A stretch of 64,000 bases of DNA. Origin: Nitrosopumilus sp. GTDB lineage: Archaea; Thermoproteota; Nitrososphaeria; Nitrososphaerales; Nitrosopumilaceae. Where the stretch lies: positions 2,080,001-2,144,000 of the forward strand of contig OZ245003.1 in NCBI GenBank assembly GCA_965223425.1. The letters are read 5' to 3'. The translations under genes and the position numbers were made by a program. Every line of letters starts with the position of its first letter. Positions within the stretch are counted from its first letter, which is position 1. Positions 20,881 through 32,100 of the stretch are shown here, one piece after another. The notes below the pieces were generated by a model, which saw only the letters and a list, made by a program, of their open reading frames with translations, was not told the origin of the DNA and did not search any database.

Positions 20881-21730
20881 TGTTGATCAGGGTACGCATT
20901 ACGGAAATTTGCTGTCTTACAAATTTTACGTGCTTCCTACTGCAAAGAAGCTTTATGGCACTCTGAAACCAAAAACAAGGCACCACCAAAATATACAACA
21001 GCTGTTACAGGTGCTAGCGTTGCTTGGAACCTCCACTACTTGGGAGATGACAAAGAAAAGATTTCCTAACGATAACTCCAAGGTGCGCGAAAAAGAGAAA
21101 GAGTATCGCAGGCTGCTAGTCGGCAGGACAGACAGAGGAAGGCACTCTTCTGGCATTTTGGAGTTTGGGTTGGTTGTAAAAGACGGCAAAGTTCTGAGAT
21201 ATCCAGTATCTGACAGGTACAGACTATCACTTCACGGGGTGCTGTATTGTCTCAACATTTTTGATCTAAACAAAAAAGACGTTGACATTATTGCAGAAAA
21301 CTATGCCAGTGTGCTGCCCAAAGTTTTTGGCAAATGGAAATTTCTCAAATCAGTGATCGGGGACGACGTTTACAAGATTGGAATTCTGGCCAAAGGACTG
21401 CTTCTTGATAATCCAACGATTGTAAATAATGCAAGTAATCCACTTTACGAGCTGATGTCATATATTCACGTAAAATATCGCAGATATTTTGAGTCTATTT
21501 CAGAAAAGGATCTTGCAGATCAGATATCACTGTGGTTTTACACATACTTTCTTTATTATTCCCCAACGAGCACGAGGGCAAAAAAAGTCCCGCCGGGAAT
21601 TAAAGAATTGCAAGAGGTTTTGAATCGTGATTTTGAACTCAAAGAATGGTACATGAAATTTGTAGAAGAGGCAGGCAAATATTACAGAGACAGGGCAAGC
21701 ACAATCAAAAATTTCGGATTAATGCGATGA
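20873..21730 (+). CDS. Thaumarchaeal hypothetical protein, probable winged-helix DNA-binding protein
   Basis: ATG at 20873 (MAIVDQ) avoids overlap with the divergent gene; LLQVLALLGTSTTWEMTK...GLVVKDG...RYRLSLHGVL wHTH-like pattern. Confidence 0.6.
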   Translation: MAIVDQGTHYGNLLSYKFYVLPTAKKLYGTLKPKTRHHQNIQQLLQVLALLGTSTTWEMTKKRFPNDNSKVREKEKEYRRLLVGRTDRGRHSSGILEFGLVVKDGKVLRYPVSDRYRLSLHGVLYCLNIFDLNKKDVDIIAENYASVLPKVFGKWKFLKSVIGDDVYKIGILAKGLLLDNPTIVNNASNPLYELMSYIHVKYRRYFESISEKDLADQISLWFYTYFLYYSPTSTRAKKVPPGIKELQEVLNRDFELKEWYMKFVEEAGKYYRDRASTIKNFGLMR

Positions 21731-22144
21731 CTATCTGGCATGCCTTTTTATCATCTTTTCAAGACTCTTAAATTCAAGAGGCTTGTTCAGTAAACCTCTT
21801 AGCGATGTCTCTTTTGCATCACTGTACTTTTTGTCGTTTAACGCGTAACTGGACGTAAATACCACCCTTGCGTCTGGATCAAACTTGACTATTCTTGAAA
21901 AGGCCTCATAGCCGTCAATCTCAGGCATCTTTATGTCCATAAACATGATATCAGGCATGATTTCTCGATATCTTTCTACTGCCATTATCCCATCAGATGC
22001 AGTTTCCACATCAAAGCCCTTGTCAAGAAGCATTAGCTGGGTGGCCTCCAAAAAATCCACATCGTCGTCTGCAAAGAGAATCTTCTTGCCAGAATACACT
22101 AACTGCATCTCGCATCTTTTTTTGAGATAAATGTATCGTTGCAT
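21731..22144 (-). CDS. Stand-alone response regulator receiver (CheY-like)
   Basis: ILFADDD, phosphoacceptor in FMDIKMP, KP motif; no output domain. Confidence 0.93.
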   Translation of the reverse strand: MQRYIYLKKRCEMQLVYSGKKILFADDDVDFLEATQLMLLDKGFDVETASDGIMAVERYREIMPDIMFMDIKMPEIDGYEAFSRIVKFDPDARVVFTSSYALNDKKYSDAKETSLRGLLNKPLEFKSLEKMIKRHAR

Positions 22145-22146
22145 GT

Positions 22147-24177
22147 TTAGCCGTGCTGTCTTTTTGGGATACGTACCGTAAACGTTGCAGGATCTTGTCC
22201 CACAGTTATTTTTCCACGGTGCTGTTCTATGATGTTTTTGCAGCTAGACAATCCAAGGCCTGTTCCCTTTAGATGTGTAGTAAACAATGGCTCGAACAAT
22301 TTTGGCATCACATCATCTGGTATGCTTGGACCGTTGTTTTCAAAGATTATACGGATGTCTTGCTCTGCTTCTGCGATTCTGATGCTTACTGTTCCGTCTT
22401 TGCTGTTTCCGATTGCCTGAATTGCATTTAGCATCAGGTTTACAAAGGTAATCTCTAGTTTTTCCTGATCGCATTCTACTGTTATGTCATTTTTTGGAAG
22501 AATAACCTTGATGTTTCTTGGCACATCCACTGAGCCTCTGGCATAGTTTAGCATCTCTAGAATTGAGAACTCGTCAGTAATGAGAGGAGTTGTACGGACA
22601 TAGTTTAGCACTCCCTCCACTTGATGAGACATTCTTTTTACAGAGCGATTAATTCTTTTTATTTCGTCTGAAATTGCTTTATTTTGGCCTTTATTCTGAT
22701 CATGTATTCTTTCAGCCGAGCTTCTAATTGCGCCCAATGGATTTCTCATATCATGTGCGATGTTGGAGGACAAGTGTCCTATTGTGGACATTTGTTTGCT
22801 TTCGCTGATCTTTTGAGACTGCCTGTAGAATATTCTAGAGAACAGCACTCCAAGAATCGCAGCTGCGCCAGTCATTGCTATTGTGAGAAACAATAGCGAA
22901 TCTCTTTGAGAGTTGACGTCTTGCAAAATTTCGTCCATTTCAGTATGAACTGCCAAGATCCAGTCAGAGCCTGCAAAATCATGGTAGCCCCTCTGCCTGG
23001 AATATGAATACAGTATCTCATTTTCTTGATCCGAGTCTACTATTGAGAATCCCTTTTCCCCAAATGTAAAATCTAGATCATATTTTTCGTAGATCTCTTC
23101 ATATTTTGACTCGATCTCAGCTATCTTCTCGTCAAATTCTAGCTGTTTTCCCCCTGATAGTGTCGGCACTACAAACCCATACTCTTGCAAAATCTCATCA
23201 TACTGCAAGTCCAGTCCTAGCATCTGTTCTTCCAGCTGCCTTTCTTGGTTTTCAGCAGTCTCTCCAAATTCGTATTCTTTTAAGATATCTTCATATTGTC
23301 GGTCAAGTGGAAGGAATCTTTCTTCAATCTCTTCCAATTGCTTCTCTGATAGTTCCGGTTCTATGTATCCATATTCGCGTATTGTTGCATCATACTGTTC
23401 ATCTAGTTTCTCCAGTTCTTCCTCAATGTCATGATGAACCCCCCCGAACCCAAACATAAAATCCGAAATGGCATGATCTTCTTGCCCATCTGTTGTAGAA
23501 TAAAGCAAGAATCCCCCATTATCAAAAAGATCAAACTCAGATGAGGCAAATTGTGACTGTTCCTTTGACTCTTCTATCAGCATAATTATCTCTTGGAAGC
23601 TGACTAGAGCATGAAGGGAGCCAATTGCCTGTCCTTTTGTATCTGTGACTAAAATTCCAAGATGATAATTGTCTTCATCAAGCATTGGATCATAGTAAAC
23701 GTCACTCAGAGACATTTCAGACTCTTTGATTTCTTCTATTGGCATCTCTCTGAAAAAACTGGCAACATTATTGTTACCAGACGAGGCAATCGTCTTGCCA
23801 TCAAGATTTAGCAATGTTATGTTTTCATAAGTCCCATAGTCAGATTCTTTATTGTCAATGGAAATCTTTTCGCTTAGTCTGTTTGAAATTATTTTGTTTT
23901 CGGAAGGTTGCTCAGTCCTGTTTGCTAAAATCAGGGCATTTTGAATCACAGGTTCTTTTCCAATCTTGTTCAAGTCAGAGATTTTATTTGCAATTGAGAT
24001 ATCTATCTTGTTTAGTGCATTAAATGCAACAGTAGTGGATTGCCGTCCTACCAACTGGTTGATGGTGTCTTTTGAAATATTTGCCGAAACGTATCCTATA
24101 ATTCCCGTAAACGATGCCATGACAATAAACGAAATCAGCAAGGAAACGATCAGTTTTTTATTTTCTTTGATTTGCAT
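22147..24177 (-). CDS. Membrane sensor histidine kinase; Cache-like extracellular region with inserted acidic repeat
   Basis: Two TM helices; IAHDMRNPL H-box, NLMLNAIQA N-box, FEPLFTT, GTGLGL. Confidence 0.93.
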   Translation of the reverse strand: MQIKENKKLIVSLLISFIVMASFTGIIGYVSANISKDTINQLVGRQSTTVAFNALNKIDISIANKISDLNKIGKEPVIQNALILANRTEQPSENKIISNRLSEKISIDNKESDYGTYENITLLNLDGKTIASSGNNNVASFFREMPIEEIKESEMSLSDVYYDPMLDEDNYHLGILVTDTKGQAIGSLHALVSFQEIIMLIEESKEQSQFASSEFDLFDNGGFLLYSTTDGQEDHAISDFMFGFGGVHHDIEEELEKLDEQYDATIREYGYIEPELSEKQLEEIEERFLPLDRQYEDILKEYEFGETAENQERQLEEQMLGLDLQYDEILQEYGFVVPTLSGGKQLEFDEKIAEIESKYEEIYEKYDLDFTFGEKGFSIVDSDQENEILYSYSRQRGYHDFAGSDWILAVHTEMDEILQDVNSQRDSLLFLTIAMTGAAAILGVLFSRIFYRQSQKISESKQMSTIGHLSSNIAHDMRNPLGAIRSSAERIHDQNKGQNKAISDEIKRINRSVKRMSHQVEGVLNYVRTTPLITDEFSILEMLNYARGSVDVPRNIKVILPKNDITVECDQEKLEITFVNLMLNAIQAIGNSKDGTVSIRIAEAEQDIRIIFENNGPSIPDDVMPKLFEPLFTTHLKGTGLGLSSCKNIIEQHRGKITVGQDPATFTVRIPKRQHG

Positions 24178-24264
24178 CTCTAATCAACATCGACAGTCTT
24201 GGGTTATGCCTCAACGAAAAATGGCAGTTTTGCAAATTCGTTCAACTAAATTTATCTTTGAGAG

Positions 24265-24303
24265 TAATATATCAATTAATGATTCCTCTTGCGGTATGGC
24301 AGT
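24265..24303 (-). promoter_or_regulatory. TATA-like box plus operator TTGC-GGTATG-GCAG upstream of the kinase
   Basis: Minus-strand ATATATTA at 24265-24272; same offset to the 20-mer as at 20842-20880. Confidence 0.55.
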
Positions 24304-24507
24304 TTTTTATTTACAAAACACAAGGGATGCACAGAGGGCTGGACTGATGTGCGTGCTGCTACCAGTTGGCAGTGTATTTCAACTGCATGACTGACAGCGA
24401 CATCCAAGAAGCGCCAAGATAATGGTTTGCAGTTAGAGATATTTTTTGGAAGGAATTATGCCCAATCCTCAGATATCTACAAATATTACCTTTTTTTTTG
24501 GTAGTAT

Positions 24508-24987
24508 ATGGGCGCGCTCAAGAAGGTTGGAATCATACTAGCTGTGATTGTGGCAGTGATAATATCAATTGCAGCTACTGCGTTTTACCTGGCAGTAGAG
24601 GAGGTTAAGAACGTCATGGATCACGTTCCTGCCAATGACGAGCTAGAGCGCACCAGCCTGAAAAGCGTGCCTCACATGGAGCTGCTCGAAAACGTCGACT
24701 TGTACCTTGGGGAGACAGTCCGGTACCAAGGAACCGTCATGCAGTCAACTAGCATCGATGATGACACGTACGCGGTACTTGTGGAGGTCGACGGAGGACT
24801 AGTAGAGCTGATTGTTCAGGGCCAACCGCTGGATAAATACAGTCATGTTGACTTTTTTGGCAGAATCATCGGGAGCAACCAAAGATCCTCATCAATCGAT
24901 CCTGCAGTAGACACACTCAACCTTGACTTGCTGAGCATGATCCGGTACGCAGCACCATTGGAGATGCAGACAGTCCCAGATACATGA
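24508..24987 (+). CDS. Membrane-anchored hypothetical protein (OB-fold-like soluble part)
   Basis: N-terminal TM; YLGETVRYQGTVMQ...VDFFGRIIG pattern. Confidence 0.6.
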   Translation: MGALKKVGIILAVIVAVIISIAATAFYLAVEEVKNVMDHVPANDELERTSLKSVPHMELLENVDLYLGETVRYQGTVMQSTSIDDDTYAVLVEVDGGLVELIVQGQPLDKYSHVDFFGRIIGSNQRSSSIDPAVDTLNLDLLSMIRYAAPLEMQTVPDT

Positions 24988-25159
24988 TGCAACCATACAA
25001 CAAGCCTCTGTCAGCAGACGACAAGATTTAGTCGTAACTGATAACATCTAAGAGTGTCGATATGCCGCTAACTGCAAAGTAAGTTAAGGCATATGATATA
25101 GGTTTCATACTGTGTAGATCTTGAGTCCTATTTTTTACATTTTGGTATTCTGAAGAGTA

Positions 25160-25915
25160 TCCGTGTGCCGTCTTTATAAGAATTCCCAACATTTTTCATC
25201 CTGACAGGTACGGCACAAGCTAGAATTATTTCCAGACCGCAAAGGCCCAAGACAGCAAAGAAGTGAACAGTTATCCATCCGAGGCTATCGCCGGGGCAAT
25301 CCCTCCTCAGCATCATTCTCCATTCTTTTATCAGGTATAATGCAATTACAAGGCAAGGCATACAGCTAGGTCTGTCCCTCAATGACTTCATCGCAATTGA
25401 CATCCTGACTGTAACTTGTAACAAACGCTCTTCTTTCCTTGAGCATCCAATAAATGACTCGCGGCAGTTTTGAGGCAGCAGCTACTGCTACACGTCCCTT
25501 GCCCCTCTTCTTTGCAAGCCTCTTGTAGAATACCGAAATGTCAGACTTGGTGCATACCTGACATGTGACAAAATGCACTCTGTCAGAACCCACCTGCATA
25601 TGTCGCTTCCATGTGCGTTATGTGTCCATAATGTAGACTCGCCGGAGGATCTCACAGACGGGACAACGCCGACATAAGAGCATAGTTTGTGTGAGTTGAC
25701 GAATCTTTCTATGCCGTTATGGTGCATGCAAGACCAGTGCAGAGTATGCCCCGACGCCCGGAATGGTCTGCAGTAGTGCTGCATCCTTGTTCTCTTTTGC
25801 TGCCTGACGTACTCTTGCATCTGACTGGAATCTTGTCGTTTATGCTGTTTATCGTGTCCAGGTACTAGTCTATCCTATAGTCGCTTATCTTTCGAACCTG
25901 TGCAATCCATGCTGT
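25160..25915 (-). pseudogene. IS110-family remnant (C-terminal transposase half, frameshifted) with 3' non-coding region
   Basis: IERFVNSHKLCSYVGVVPSVRSSGE and FYKRLAKKRGKGRVAVAAASKL..IYWMLK. Confidence 0.8.
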
Positions 25916-26124
25916 GTGTTTGTTTGCATTTCTGATCCTTTTAGCAGTGGATCTTTTTGAACCAGAACTGTTCTTATCATCATCTAATTTCCTTGATCGG
26001 CACATAAGATTACTTCTGGAAAGACTGATCATGCAAAAAAGTGGAAATATGAAGAAATTTTATGATGTCCGTTTGCCGGCTTGGACATTTCAATCCATAC
26101 GGCAGGTTTCAGGTAGTGAAGAAT

Positions 26125-29100
26125 CTATCTGTCTCCGTGCACGTTCCCGTATCTTGCATCCCGCAGCTGCTCCATGAGCCTCGTGTGCTCTGCCATATTC
26201 CTGTCAAACGCGTCGCACAGCCTGTTCTCCACGTCGGTACACGCAGTACTTACTATAAATTCGGGGCCGTCCACGTAATACCACGTACCAAATCCGTTCT
26301 TGGTCCAGGTGTACCCGAACTGGTCGATCCACATGTCGTTTATCTTGTCGGTCCTTACAAGCTCGTAGGGTTCTACATCAGACTGGGATGCGAACTTTGT
26401 TATCAGTGTTACAGTCGGTGCCGGGTTCATCGAGTCACCGGCTATTGTTATGCCATCGTTCATGTAGTGGTTTGTGACGCGTCTCTTCGTGTCTACGGCC
26501 TGTATGACAAACGGCTCGTTGTGCATCTGCTCCCGGAATAGTACGCCTGCTATGTCAAGCTGGACACATCTCTCCAGTGTGGAATCAGGCATGCATTTTA
26601 CGGCAGAGACTGCAAACGTCGCGTTCTGGCCTATGACCATGTCTTCGTTCTGGTACGACACGGAATCTATGACATATGTTGATGTGGTGTTATAGTCCCT
26701 TGTCAGATACACCCTGATCAACGCCTCGGCATCATTAAGAGGACTGCCTACGTCAGGCACGCCAAAGCCGATTGAGAAGAACTTCATTCCCTTTGGTGCA
26801 AACGTCTTTAATGTAAAGTTGTGTACAAAGCCAGTTTGTAGCTCTTGTAGTGGATTATCTACAACGTACGATAATACGTCCTTGCATATTCCATCCATAG
26901 AGTAGCCACATGAGACTATCTGTGCATAAGTATTCCAAGACTTGCCAAAAGTTGGGCGAGTTTTGTGCTCATCAGAATTGCCAGATTTGCCTCTAGGAAC
27001 ATCTGACACTGGAACACCATCATCCGAAGGATCTTCTAGATTCTCATTTGGGTTCTCAGGTAAGTTTGGGTCAGATGGATTCTCATTTGGGTTCTCAGGT
27101 AAGTTTGGGTCAGGTGGATTCTCATTTGGGTTCTCAGGTAAGTTTGGGTCAGGTGGATTCTCATTTGGGTTCTCAGGTAAGTTTGGGTCAGGTGGATTCT
27201 CATTTGGGTTCTCAGGTAAGTTTGGGTCAGGTGGATTGTCGACTACGTGGTAGGTTCTGCTCTTTTGCATGGCAGGGTTTGTGCCGTCAGTGGAGTTGTA
27301 GCCGATGACGTAATCGCCCACGACATTAGTGTCGACCGTGCCAGTGGTGGTGACTGCAGAACCGTCGTCAGTTGTGACGCCATCAAGGAGGTCAGGCGAG
27401 TCAGCACCAAGCTCCAGCGTTATCTCGTCTGGAATCACGGTGATCACGGGGGCTGTGGTGTCGACTACGTGGTAGGTTCTGCTCTTTTGCATGGCAGGGT
27501 TTGTGCCGTCAGTGGAGTTGTAGCCGATGACGTAATCGCCCACGACATTAGTGTCGACCGTGCCAGTGGTGGTGACTGCAGAATTATCGTCAGTTGTGAC
27601 GCCATCAAGGAGGTCAGGCGAGTCAGCACCAAGCTCCAGCGTTATCTCGTCTGGAATCACGGTGATCACGGGGGCTGTGGTGTCGACTACGTGGTAGGTT
27701 CTGCTCTTTTGCATGGCAGGGTTTGTGCCGTCAGTGGAGTTGTAGCCGATGACGTAATCGCCCACGACATTAGTGTCGACCGTGCCAGTGGTGGTGACTG
27801 CAGAATTATCGTCAGTTGTGACGCCATCAAGGAGGTCAGGCGAGTCAGCACCAAGCTCCAGCGTTATCTCGTCTGGAATCACGGTGATCACGGGGGCTGT
27901 GGTGTCGACTACGTGGTAGGTTCTGCTCTTTTGCATGGCAGGGTTTGTGCCGTCAGTGGAGTTGTAGCCGATGACGTAATCGCCCACGACATTAGTGTCG
28001 ACCGTGCCAGTGGTGGTGACTGCAGAATTATCGCTAGTTGTGACGCCATCAAGGAGGTCAGGCGAGTCAGCACCAAGCTCCAGCGTTATCTCGTCTGGAA
28101 TCACGGTGATCACGGGGGCTGTGGTGTCGACTACGTGGTAGGTTCTGCTCTTTTGCATGGCAGGGTTTGTGCCGTCAGTGGAGTTGTAGCCGATGACGTA
28201 ATCGCCCACGACATTAGTGTCGACCGTGCCAGTGGTGGTGACTGCAGAATTATCGCTAGTTGTGACGCCATCAAGGAGGTCAGGCGAGTCAGCACCAAGC
28301 TCCAGCGTTATCTCGTCTGGAATCACGGTGATCACGGGGGCTGTGGTGTCGACTACGTGGTAGGTTCTGCTCTTTTGCATGGCAGGGTTTGTGCCGTCAG
28401 TGGAGTTGTAGCCGATGACGTAATCGCCCACGACATTAGTGTCGACCGTGCCAGTGGTGGTGACTGCAGAACCGTCGTCAGTTGTGACGCCATCAAGGAG
28501 GTCAGGCGAGTCAGCACCAAGCTCCAGCGTTATCTCGTCTGGAATCACGGTGATCACGGGGGCTGTGGTGTCGACTACGTGGTAGGTTCTGCTCTTTTGC
28601 ATGGCAGGGTTTGTGCCGTCAGTGGAGTCGTAACGTATGATATATTCACCTACGGTGCCGGTGTCGACCGTGCCAGTGGTGGTGACTGCAGAACCGTCGT
28701 CAGTTGTGACGCCATCAAGGAGGTCAGGCGAGTCAGCACCAAGCTCCAGCGTTATCTCGTCTGGAATCACGGTGATCACGGGGGCTGTGGTGTCGACTAC
28801 GTGGTAGGTTCTGCTCTTTTGCATGGCAGGGTTTGTGCCGTCAGTGGAGTCGTAACGTATGATATATTCACCTACGGTGCCGGTGTCGACCGTGCCAGTG
28901 GTGGTGACTGCAGAATTATCGTCAGTTGTGACGCCATCAAGGAGGTCAGGCGAGTCAGCACCAAGCTCCAGCGTTATCTCGTCTGGAATCACGGTGATCA
29001 CGGGGGCTGTGGTGTCGACTACGTGGTAGGTTCTGCTCTTTTGCATGGCAGGGTTTGTGCCGTCAGTGGAGTCGTAACGTATGATATATTCACCTACGGT

Positions 29101-32100
29101 GCCGGTGTCGACCGTGCCAGTGGTGGTGACTGCAGAATTATCGTCAGTTGTGACGCCATCAAGGAGGTCAGGCGAGTCAGCACCAAGCTCCAGCGTTATC
29201 TCGTCTGGAATCACGGTGATCACGGGGGCTGTGGTGTCGACTACGTGGTAGGTTCTGCTCTTTTGCATGGCAGGGTTTGTGCCGTCAGTGGAGTTGTAGC
29301 CGATGACGTAATCGCCCACGACATTAGTGTCGACCGTGCCAGTGGTGGTGACTGCAGAATTATCGTCAGTTGTGACGCCATCAAGGAGGTCAGGCGAGTC
29401 AGCACCAAGCTCCAGCGTTATCTCGTCTGGAATCACGGTGATCACGGGGGCTGTGGTGTCGACTACGTGGTAGGTTCTGCTCTTTTGCATGGCAGGGTTT
29501 GTGCCGTCAGTGGAGTTGTAGCCGATGACGTAATCGCCCACGACATTAGTGTCGACCGTGCCAGTGGTGGTGACTGCAGAATTATCGTCAGTTGTGACGC
29601 CATCAAGGAGGTCAGGCGAGTCAGCACCAAGCTCCAGCGTTATCTCGTCTGGAATCACGGTGATCACGGGGGCTGTGGTGTCGACTACGTGGTAGGTTCT
29701 GCTCTTTTGCATGGCAGGGTTTGTGCCGTCAGTGGAGTCGTAACGTATGATATATTCACCTACGGTGCCGGTGTCGACCGTGCCAGTGGTGGTGACTGCA
29801 GAACCGTCGTCAGTTGTGACGCCATCAAGGAGGTCAGGCGAGTCAGCACCAAGCTCCAGCGTTATCTCGTCTGGAATCACGGTGATCACGGGGGCTGTGG
29901 TGTCGACTACGTGGTAGGTTCTGCTCTTTTGCATGGCAGGGTTTGTGCCGTCAGTGGAGTTGTAGCCGATGACGTAATCGCCCACGACATTAGTGTCGAC
30001 CGTGCCAGTGGTGGTGACTGCAGAATTATCGTCAGTTGTGACGCCATCAAGGAGGTCAGGCGAGTCAGCACCAAGCTCCAGCGTTATCTCGTCTGGAATC
30101 ACGGTGATCACGGGGGCTGTGGTGTCGACTACGTGGTAGGTTCTGCTCTTTTGCATGGCAGGGTTTGTGCCGTCAGTGGAGTCGTAACGTATGATATATT
30201 CACCTACGGTGCCGGTGTCGACCGTGCCAGTGGTGGTGACTGCAGAATTATCGTCAGTTGTGACGCCATCAAGGAGGTCAGGCGAGTCAGCACCAAGCTC
30301 CAGCGTTATCTCGTCTGGAATCACGGTGATCACGGGGGCTGTGGTGTCGACTACGTGGTAGGTTCTGCTCTTTTGCATGGCAGGGTTTGTGCCGTCAGTG
30401 GAGTTGTAGCCGATGACGTAATCGCCCACGACATTAGTGTCGACCGTGCCAGTGGTGGTGACTGCAGAATTATCGTCAGTTGTGACGCCATCAAGGAGGT
30501 CAGGCGAGTCAGCACCAAGCTCCAGCGTTATCTCGTCTGGAATCACGGTGATCACGGGGGCTGTGGTGTCGACTACGTGGTAGGTTCTGCTCTTTTGCAT
30601 GGCAGGGTTTGTGCCGTCAGTGGAGTTGTAGCCGATGACGTAATCGCCCACGACATTAGTGTCGACCGTGCCAGTGGTGGTGACTGCAGAATTATCGTCA
30701 GTTGTGACGCCATCAAGGAGGTCAGGCGAGTCAGCACCAAGCTCCAGCGTTATCTCGTCTGGAATCACGGTGATCACGGGGGCTGTGGTGTCGACTACGT
30801 GGTAGGTTCTGCTCTTTTGCATGGCAGGGTTTGTGCCGTCAGTGGAGTCGTAACGTATGATATATTCACCTACGGTGCCGGTGTCGACCGTGCCAGTGGT
30901 GGTGACTGCAGAATTATCGTCAGTTGTGACGCCATCAAGGAGGTCAGGCGAGTCAGCACCAAGCTCCAGCGTTATCTCGTCTGGAATCACGGTGATCACG
31001 GGGGCTGTGGTGTCGACTACGTGGTAGGTTCTGCTCTTTTGCATGGCAGGGTTTGTGCCGTCAGTGGAGTTGTAGCCGATGACGTAATCGCCCACGACAT
31101 TAGTGTCGACCGTGCCAGTGGTGGTGACTGCAGAACCGTCGTCAGTTGTGACGCCATCAAGGAGGTCAGGCGAGTCAGCACCAAGCTCCAGCGTTATCTC
31201 GTCTGGAATCACGGTGATCACGGGGGCTGTGGTGTCGACTACGTGGTAGGTTCTGCTCTTTTGCATGGCAGGGTTTGTGCCGTCAGTGGAGTCGTAACGT
31301 ATGATATATTCACCTACGGTGCCGGTGTCGACCGTGCCAGTGGTGGTGACTGCAGAATTATCGTCAGTTGTGACGCCATCAAGGAGGTCAGGCGAGTCAG
31401 CACCAAGCTCCAGCGTTATCTCGTCTGGAATCACGGTGATCACGGGGGCTGTGGTGTCGACTACGTGGTAGGTTCTGCTCTTTTGCATGGCAGGGTTTGT
31501 GCCGTCAGTGGAGTTGTAGCCGATGACGTAATCGCCCACGACATTAGTGTCGACCGTGCCAGTGGTGGTGACTGCAGAACCGTCGTCAGTTGTGACGCCA
31601 TCAAGGAGGTCAGGCGAGTCAGCACCAAGCTCCAGCGTTATCTCGTCTGGAATCACGGTGATCACGGGGGCTGTGGTGTCGACTACGTGGTAGGTTCTGC
31701 TCTTTTGCATGGCAGGGTTTGTGCCGTCAGTGGAGTTGTAGCCGATGACGTAATCGCCCACGACATTAGTGTCGACCGTGCCAGTGGTGGTGACTGCAGA
31801 ACCGTCGTCAGTTGTGACGCCATCAAGGAGGTCAGGCGAGTCAGCACCAAGCTCCAGCGTTATCTCGTCTGGAATCACGGTGATCACGGGGGCTGTGGTG
31901 TCGACTACGTGGTAGGTTCTGCTCTTTTGCATGGCAGGGTTTGTGCCGTCAGTGGAGTCGTAACGTATGATATATTCACCTACGGTGCCGGTGTCGACCG
32001 TGCCAGTGGTGGTGACTGCAGAATTATCGTCAGTTGTGACGCCATCAAGGAGGTCAGGCGAGTCAGCACCAAGCTCCAGCGTTATCTCGTCTGGAATCAC

